A stretch of DNA of 64,000 nt from a virus. Lineage: Duplodnaviria; Caudoviricetes. The notes beneath the pieces were generated by a model that was not told the DNA's origin, did no database searches, and worked only from the letters and a program-made list of their open reading frames with translations. The position numbers and the translations under genes were made by a program. Of the stretch, positions 58,177 through 64,000 are shown piece after piece (position 1 is the first letter of the stretch; every line of letters starts with the position of its first letter). The stretch is taken from IMG/VR virus record IMGVR_UViG_3300033463_000004, positions 1 through 64,000 of that record; one strand, 5' to 3'.

Positions 58177-60186
58177 ATGAGTGAACAGTATGATTGGATG
58201 CATGATCCAAAATATGAATTATTCGATGATCTTTCATCAATGGATGAAATCACAACGTCCCAGCAAGTAGTTGACTTGCTGGGCGATCCTGTTGTACTGG
58301 ATCGATATCGTAACAATTTCGATTATCTCATGAACAGAACTGTTGCAATCGCCGAATTGTGTTGGGGTAATTGTGATGAAAATGGAAACAAAATCCAGAA
58401 AACGAATATTCGAATGAAGAAATTCGTAGAAGATAACGAACATGAAATTCGTGTTCTTCCGTTGAACCGATTCATGTTCTGTTTATCGTTACTTCGTCCA
58501 ATTGTTGGATACTTGGAGGATATCAATCTGGATGATTTTCTGTTATCATCTTATTTGACACACAAGGAACGAGAAAAATTCCAAGATAAAATCGTTCGTG
58601 TTTTACAGAGACATGGTATTTCGATTGTCGAAATTCAAGAGAAAATGGCACGACTTTCATTGGATTGGAAAATGATGATGATTGATTTTGCCAAAGCAGA
58701 CATGCAGATTTATACTGCGGAGAATCTGTTCTTGGATCATTATCGTGATTCTGAAGAAATTCGTGAAATTAATAACACAGAATATCCAAATGATATGCAG
58801 ACTGCTGATATCGTCGAAGAGAACGCGAGACGTTATAAGATTCTGGAAGGAATAATGGTTGAACGTAATAACCCGTTCTTTGTTGGAAACAAGTATACAA
58901 AGCTTGTCAAAGACAAACAAATGGAGGAACTGTACATCAACTTCTCCCAGATTCCGGATGGAAGAAATATTATTCCTGTCATTATGAATGGTAATGGATT
59001 CCGCGCTGGTTATCATTCTTTACCAGTATTCTATACAGGTGCAATTGCCGCCCGTGTTCCAGATATCATGAATAAAGATTACATGGGCGCTGCCGGATAC
59101 TTTAACCGCAACCTTATGATGCTTGCATATGGTACGATTTCTCCGACAGTATATGATTGCGGATCAGTAAATCCGATTCCGATTACAGTCGATGAAACCA
59201 TCCTTGAAATGTTTGACGGAAGATACTATTATGAAGAAAAGAATGATGGTATATTGAAAGTCTTACATAAAGAGGATAAAGATAAACTCGGTAAAAAGTT
59301 CTGGTTCCGTTCACCATGCACATGTAATTTGAATGAAGATTGCTGTCATATATGCTATGGTCAACGTGCATTGAAGGTTGCTGATTTGACAGGTGGATTC
59401 ATTTATACAACAGAACTCATGACATCACGTGTTTCACAAAATATTTTATCTGCAAAGCATCTGCTGAAATCAAATGCAGAAAAGATTGTCTATTCTGATA
59501 ACTTTGACAAATATTTTGTCGTTGATATGTCAACAATCATTCCGAAAGACGAAAAACGTTTTGACATTTATATTCGGGAAGATTATATGGACAATATTTC
59601 CGAACAGTTTACATGTTATATCGGAAAAGATCTTGTACCTGTTACGATTTCGAATTATGCATCCATTTCGATTCCGGACAATATTCTGGATAAATGTAAG
59701 GATGTTGTCATTGATGATGTGACATATTACAAAATTACATCACATAAGATTCTAGATGCTGGAGGACAGTTTGCAGTTGTTATTCCAATCAATATCATGA
59801 TGACGAAACGTTATATGGATATCATGAAACTGTTTGAATCAGATATCACAAGATTTTCAACAATCGAAGATGCGGTTGTTGCATTGGCAAAAATGCTTCA
59901 TGGATTGATCCCAATCTTGTCAACACATGGCGAAATTCTGATTGGTCATTTAGTACGTAGGACTGATAATAAGTTACTGCGTCCTGATTGGACTGTTGAA
60001 AATCAAACATATCAAATCATGAGATTGAAAACGGTTCTTCAGAATATTGAAGCATTCTCAACAGCAATGTCGTTTGAGCAAACCAAACATCATCTGTATC
60101 ATTCGATATTTGATGAACGTAATGAAATCAATCGTGTTGGTGCACGTGGATTTGTCGACTATTTGTTTGGTTCAGAGACGATGTAA
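58177..60186 (+). CDS. Phage RNA polymerase beta' C-terminal subunit
   Basis: Bridge helix AAGYFNRNL, DCGS, RSPCTC....CCHICYG Zn site, trigger loop SQNILSAKH. Confidence 0.88.
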   Translation: MSEQYDWMHDPKYELFDDLSSMDEITTSQQVVDLLGDPVVLDRYRNNFDYLMNRTVAIAELCWGNCDENGNKIQKTNIRMKKFVEDNEHEIRVLPLNRFMFCLSLLRPIVGYLEDINLDDFLLSSYLTHKEREKFQDKIVRVLQRHGISIVEIQEKMARLSLDWKMMMIDFAKADMQIYTAENLFLDHYRDSEEIREINNTEYPNDMQTADIVEENARRYKILEGIMVERNNPFFVGNKYTKLVKDKQMEELYINFSQIPDGRNIIPVIMNGNGFRAGYHSLPVFYTGAIAARVPDIMNKDYMGAAGYFNRNLMMLAYGTISPTVYDCGSVNPIPITVDETILEMFDGRYYYEEKNDGILKVLHKEDKDKLGKKFWFRSPCTCNLNEDCCHICYGQRALKVADLTGGFIYTTELMTSRVSQNILSAKHLLKSNAEKIVYSDNFDKYFVVDMSTIIPKDEKRFDIYIREDYMDNISEQFTCYIGKDLVPVTISNYASISIPDNILDKCKDVVIDDVTYYKITSHKILDAGGQFAVVIPINIMMTKRYMDIMKLFESDITRFSTIEDAVVALAKMLHGLIPILSTHGEILIGHLVRRTDNKLLRPDWTVENQTYQIMRLKTVLQNIEAFSTAMSFEQTKHHLYHSIFDERNEINRVGARGFVDYLFGSETM

Positions 60187-60197
60187 GGAGTGATACT

Positions 60198-61247
60198 ATG
60201 AATCAAGTGTCAAGTGGTCCTATTACGGGAACATTGAAAGCACGATACAAAATTATTTCCACAATTCTTGGTGAATTATACGATGCACCAAAAGGTGTTG
60301 ACATCTTTATTGATTTCGATACATTTATCAAATCATTGGCTTCATATCAAAAGTATTTGAATTATCTTCCGTTTTCTGGTCCAGAAGTTGAAGTGGATTT
60401 AATGTCGTCTTTTCTGACGACATTAAATCACTGGAAGAACTTTGCAAAGAAATGGGATCATGTTCGAATTATCGGCATCATGAATTCATTTGAACCAAAG
60501 AATCTTGCAGAACGAAAACATTTGAAAACTTATCTGGTTCCGTATGAAAATAAAATGAAGAACGAAAAACTTACACAATTCAAATACTATATGGAAGAAG
60601 CAGTAAAGAAAACACAAGCAATATTGAAATATGTTCCAAACATGTATTTGATTTCATCATCTGAATTTGATTCATTGATGATTCCGAATATACTGGATGA
60701 CTATGAGAAGAGTGGACGAAAACGAATCATCATTACAGGTAATTCATTAATGACTGGATATCATATGTTACCAAATACAAAAGTGATTTATTCAAGATTC
60801 AAACGAAATGGTTCTCAACAAATATCAGATCCGATTCAGATTGTTCAGGCTATTACAAAGGTTGACGAAGATGATGTCGTGAGTGAATTTACAAAGAATA
60901 AAGTTTTCTATAACTTACTGAATGTAATCGTTGGAGATTTCGATCGTGCAATTCTTGGATTAACACAAATTGGGATTACAACATTTGCATATAATCTCTT
61001 AAGAGGTGTTGAACAAGGAAAGATCCGAAATGATCCGAAAAGCGTTGAATCGGTATTACCAATCATTGATAAAGTATATCATGATTATGTGATCAAGAAC
61101 TATCCACTTGTCGATATTGAATCACATACCAAGATGATACCACAATCAGCAATTCAAAATATGAAAGCTGATATGATTGATCTTGTCGATATTGACGGAT
61201 TGCAAAAATACAGTATCGATGGTTTGAATTTATTAGAATTATTATAA
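60198..61247 (+). CDS. Divergent FEN/T4-RNase-H-like 5' nuclease fold protein
   Basis: IFIDFD, SEFDSL, IIITGNS, VGDFDRAILGL in FEN/PIN motif order, with several acidic residues replaced. Confidence 0.45.
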   Translation: MNQVSSGPITGTLKARYKIISTILGELYDAPKGVDIFIDFDTFIKSLASYQKYLNYLPFSGPEVEVDLMSSFLTTLNHWKNFAKKWDHVRIIGIMNSFEPKNLAERKHLKTYLVPYENKMKNEKLTQFKYYMEEAVKKTQAILKYVPNMYLISSSEFDSLMIPNILDDYEKSGRKRIIITGNSLMTGYHMLPNTKVIYSRFKRNGSQQISDPIQIVQAITKVDEDDVVSEFTKNKVFYNLLNVIVGDFDRAILGLTQIGITTFAYNLLRGVEQGKIRNDPKSVESVLPIIDKVYHDYVIKNYPLVDIESHTKMIPQSAIQNMKADMIDLVDIDGLQKYSIDGLNLLELL

Positions 61248-61285
61248 TTAAACGGGGGCATATGCCCCCGTTTAATTATTTTTTA
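61244..61285 (+). terminator. Intrinsic terminator
   Basis: ataattaaacggggc-atat-gccccgtttaattat plus T run. Confidence 0.85.
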
Positions 61286-61403
61286 TATGAAGTTTTATTT
61301 ATTTTTCATATGTATATAATTAATATGCAAAGGGAGAAGTAAATTATCTTATCTTATCTTTTTCCCTTTACATATTACACTAGTAGAAAGGAAGATCTGA
61401 ATC

Positions 61404-62627
61404 ATGGATTTTACATCCGGTCGCATTATATCAAATGCGATAACATCGTTATTGCAGGAGCCGATCAATATGCTTCGGTCAACTACATCTGCATTAATGT
61501 GGTATACAGTTGACATTTCCGGCTTCCGATGGAGTATCGAACAAGATGCCGTTGTCGAATTCTTTCGACATGTACCAAGAAGCTTCAATCCTATTGCGGT
61601 TGAAGATCCTTGTGCATCACACGATTATGCCAAGATTCCTGGTAAATCGATTGATGCATATGTTCATAAAGGAACAGCCATATTTCTTGAATATGAGTGT
61701 GTCGACAATGCAACAAACAACGACGGCACTCAACTTCGTCTTACAATGAAGCTCAAGACATTATATACAAAGCGAAATATTGAAAATCTCAAAGACCTTA
61801 TCAAAATCATGATGAAACGGTCGAAAGAGATTGAATCAGAAAAATCTAAAAAGAGATACAAAATCATTGATAATGGGTGCTTTACAGAAGTACCCGCACG
61901 ACCAAACAGAACGTTCAATGATGTATTTTTACCACAAGTTCAGGAAGATTTGATTGTATCTTCCGTAAAAAAGTTCTGTGCAAGTCGGAAATGGTACCAG
62001 GAACACAAGATACCATATCATTTTGGTATCATGTTATACGGAAATCCTGGCACCGGTAAGTCGTCGGTTGTACAGGCTATCACAAATCTGATTGAGTGTG
62101 ATATCATGTATGTTAAAACAGACAGACTTGCACAGACAATTCAAAATCCTCATTGGTTAACATACGGAAACAACGGCAGAATGCGTATTGTTATCATTGA
62201 GGATATCGATACTTCGAAAATGACACGCGATAGACGTGTCTCAAATAAAGAGCTCGGTATTGCAAACACTGGCTCTTTCGTAATACAAGAAGAAGTCAGT
62301 ATCAATAGTCTTCTGAATGTATTAGATGGATTCAATTCCCCGGAGAACGTGATTTATATTTTCACAACGAATCATCTGGAAAAATTGGATCCGGCTTTGG
62401 TTCGACCCGGTCGTATCGATCTAAACGTGGAAATTGCATATCTGAACGAAGAAACGTTCGGAAAATTTATGCAATTCCATTATGGACGTAAACCGGATAC
62501 AACTATAAAAGTGCGTAATCAAATGACATGTGCTGAACTCCAAACAAGAGTTATGGAAGGTATGTCATTTGATGAAATTTGTAATTATGTCAAGGAGGAA
62601 AATTATGGCCAGACAGAAGAAAATTGA
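61404..62627 (+). CDS. BCS1-like AAA+ ATPase
   Basis: WY....IPY..GIMLYGNPGTGKSS, IIEDID, LLNVLDG, FTTNHLEKLDPALVRPGRID. Confidence 0.85.
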   Translation: MDFTSGRIISNAITSLLQEPINMLRSTTSALMWYTVDISGFRWSIEQDAVVEFFRHVPRSFNPIAVEDPCASHDYAKIPGKSIDAYVHKGTAIFLEYECVDNATNNDGTQLRLTMKLKTLYTKRNIENLKDLIKIMMKRSKEIESEKSKKRYKIIDNGCFTEVPARPNRTFNDVFLPQVQEDLIVSSVKKFCASRKWYQEHKIPYHFGIMLYGNPGTGKSSVVQAITNLIECDIMYVKTDRLAQTIQNPHWLTYGNNGRMRIVIIEDIDTSKMTRDRRVSNKELGIANTGSFVIQEEVSINSLLNVLDGFNSPENVIYIFTTNHLEKLDPALVRPGRIDLNVEIAYLNEETFGKFMQFHYGRKPDTTIKVRNQMTCAELQTRVMEGMSFDEICNYVKEENYGQTEEN

Positions 62628-63204
62628 TGTTGTGAATGATATGATCGCAACAAGTGAAACACCGATGAGTGTTTCAGTGGAAGATGTCTTCCGCAAAATG
62701 GACTATCCAGACGATCTGAAATCCGAATCACCGTTCAGATCATTGGATCAGATTTTCAAAGCTGATCCTACGAGAACTGAAGAGAAACCGGATGATCATC
62801 CATCAATCTGTGGTCCAAACATGCCAAGACCGACATCGATTGTACCACCGGTTACACAGATACAGCATAATGGTTTCTCACCGTATTGGGCCGAAGCAGC
62901 ACCCCTGCTTCAGTCTGTACAGACACCATTTCCGCCGACATGTTCGATGATTCCGACAGGATTTACATTTAATCCTGCGGCATTTCAGGTCGGTGATGCG
63001 TATCGCATCGAAATAATTGAAAGAATTTCTCCGGAATACAAATCGTATACCGGTCTTCTTTCGAAAGTGACAGATACAAATCTGACATTTGTTGTGACAA
63101 CAGAGGATGGAAACCATGCTGAAATTACGGTCAAATGTGATGACATGGTTTCTGATATAAACGACAGATTCAGTAAATTCATCAGAATTTACCATCTGCA
63201 TTAA
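62605..63204 (+). CDS. Hypothetical protein (Pro-rich linker plus small beta-barrel)
   Basis: AAGGAGG SD before MARQKK. Confidence 0.7.
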   Translation: MARQKKIDVVNDMIATSETPMSVSVEDVFRKMDYPDDLKSESPFRSLDQIFKADPTRTEEKPDDHPSICGPNMPRPTSIVPPVTQIQHNGFSPYWAEAAPLLQSVQTPFPPTCSMIPTGFTFNPAAFQVGDAYRIEIIERISPEYKSYTGLLSKVTDTNLTFVVTTEDGNHAEITVKCDDMVSDINDRFSKFIRIYHLH

Positions 63205-63230
63205 ATAAAATAAAGGAGAATACAAACAAA

Positions 63231-63965
63231 ATGAAATTCCAAAAACCTAACCGTCACACTCAGGAACTGTTAAAACGGTGGGGTGTACCGGTTATTCTTC
63301 GTCCAGATTATTGGGATGGACGCAACCGTTCAATCACAATAATTGTGGACGAAACAGTACCGTTCGGTGATGTCATCTTCGAAGACGGCATCACCTATCG
63401 GATGAACACTGATACACTTGATGACAATGTATCAAAGTTGTCTGAAAATGTGTATGATGATTTCATCATAGCGTTCGTTTACGGGGTGAACGCTTATGCG
63501 AAGTGGAATCAGGTGATCATTCGAAAAGAAGATGACGGATTGAAATGGCTGAAAGATGCTATCTCAAGAATCGAATGTGTATTCGATATGTATAAATTAG
63601 ATATCAAACATTTCGGCGCACTCGATTGGAAAAAATGTTGTGCCCATTTCGGTGGAGAGCACAACCTTAACCAAATAATTGCTGATGCAATTGCATATCG
63701 GAGTGAAGAACTGTTTTCACTTTGTATGATATGCAAAAATTGCAAATGCGAACCAAATAACCGCCGGTATTGTACGAGAGTATATGTACCGACAGACGAA
63801 TACGCAGAATCGGTGATCACATTACGTAGAATCACCGATGACCAACCACTGTCAAATGATATCATCGATATCATTCCAACGTTTAAGAATCGTGAACAAT
63901 GCTCGTGTTTCGAAAAGAATGAAACACGATTTATTGATCAAATGATCAAGTTCAGGGACAAATAA
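63231..63965 (+). CDS. Hypothetical protein with Cys cluster
   Basis: AAAGGAG SD; CMICKNCKC...C. Confidence 0.7.
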   Translation: MKFQKPNRHTQELLKRWGVPVILRPDYWDGRNRSITIIVDETVPFGDVIFEDGITYRMNTDTLDDNVSKLSENVYDDFIIAFVYGVNAYAKWNQVIIRKEDDGLKWLKDAISRIECVFDMYKLDIKHFGALDWKKCCAHFGGEHNLNQIIADAIAYRSEELFSLCMICKNCKCEPNNRRYCTRVYVPTDEYAESVITLRRITDDQPLSNDIIDIIPTFKNREQCSCFEKNETRFIDQMIKFRDK

Positions 63966-63970
63966 TGATG

Positions 63971-64000
63971 AAGTGGGGCATATAGCCCCACTTTATTTTT
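63971..64000 (+). terminator. Intrinsic terminator
   Basis: aagtggggc-atata-gccccactt followed by a T-rich tract. Confidence 0.8.

Noticed and set aside
37578-60186. Introns or inteins in terminase, RNAP or gyrB
   Set aside because: ORFs are continuous with motifs in normal order; no homing-endonuclease or intein signatures seen
1-64000. CRISPR array, tRNA or rRNA genes
   Set aside because: No regularly spaced direct repeats or tRNA cloverleaf/T-loop patterns noticed in the intergenic gaps (by eye only)
1-64000. Stop-codon reassignment
   Set aside because: Conserved genes are full length under code 11, and TAA, TGA and TAG all end genes

Overview
This window is an AT-rich segment of a jumbo myophage of the phiKZ/AR9(PBS1)-like lineage, read with the standard genetic code. 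Strong AGGAGG Shine-Dalgarno (SD) sites suggest a Bacillota host (inference). Recognisable genes: four pieces of split multisubunit RNA polymerases (beta-N partial, beta-C, beta'-N with the DxDGD motif, beta'-C), a GroEL-like chaperonin, DnaB-like and SF2 helicases, SbcC/Rad50, a PhuZ/FtsZ-like tubulin, GyrB, terminase, portal, tail sheath and tube, baseplate-type proteins, a dATP/dGTP diphosphohydrolase-like protein and a BCS1-like AAA ATPase. The most notable unexplained signals are: (1) several free-standing multi-hairpin RNA candidates of about 140-190 nt (36.5, 47.2, 55.6 kb, plus a leader at 4.0 kb), two starting at a late-promoter-like motif and carrying CU-rich anti-SD-like segments; (2) three Gln/Pro-rich prion-like proteins sharing SRR and PWA/PWS motifs, one next to a Ser/Thr-kinase-like gene; (3) a probable programmed -1 frameshift in a tail/baseplate chaperone gene; (4) eroded pseudo-enzymes; (5) two promoter motif classes, usually followed directly by a 5' hairpin. 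All family assignments come from motif recognition by eye; no database searches or folding programs were run.
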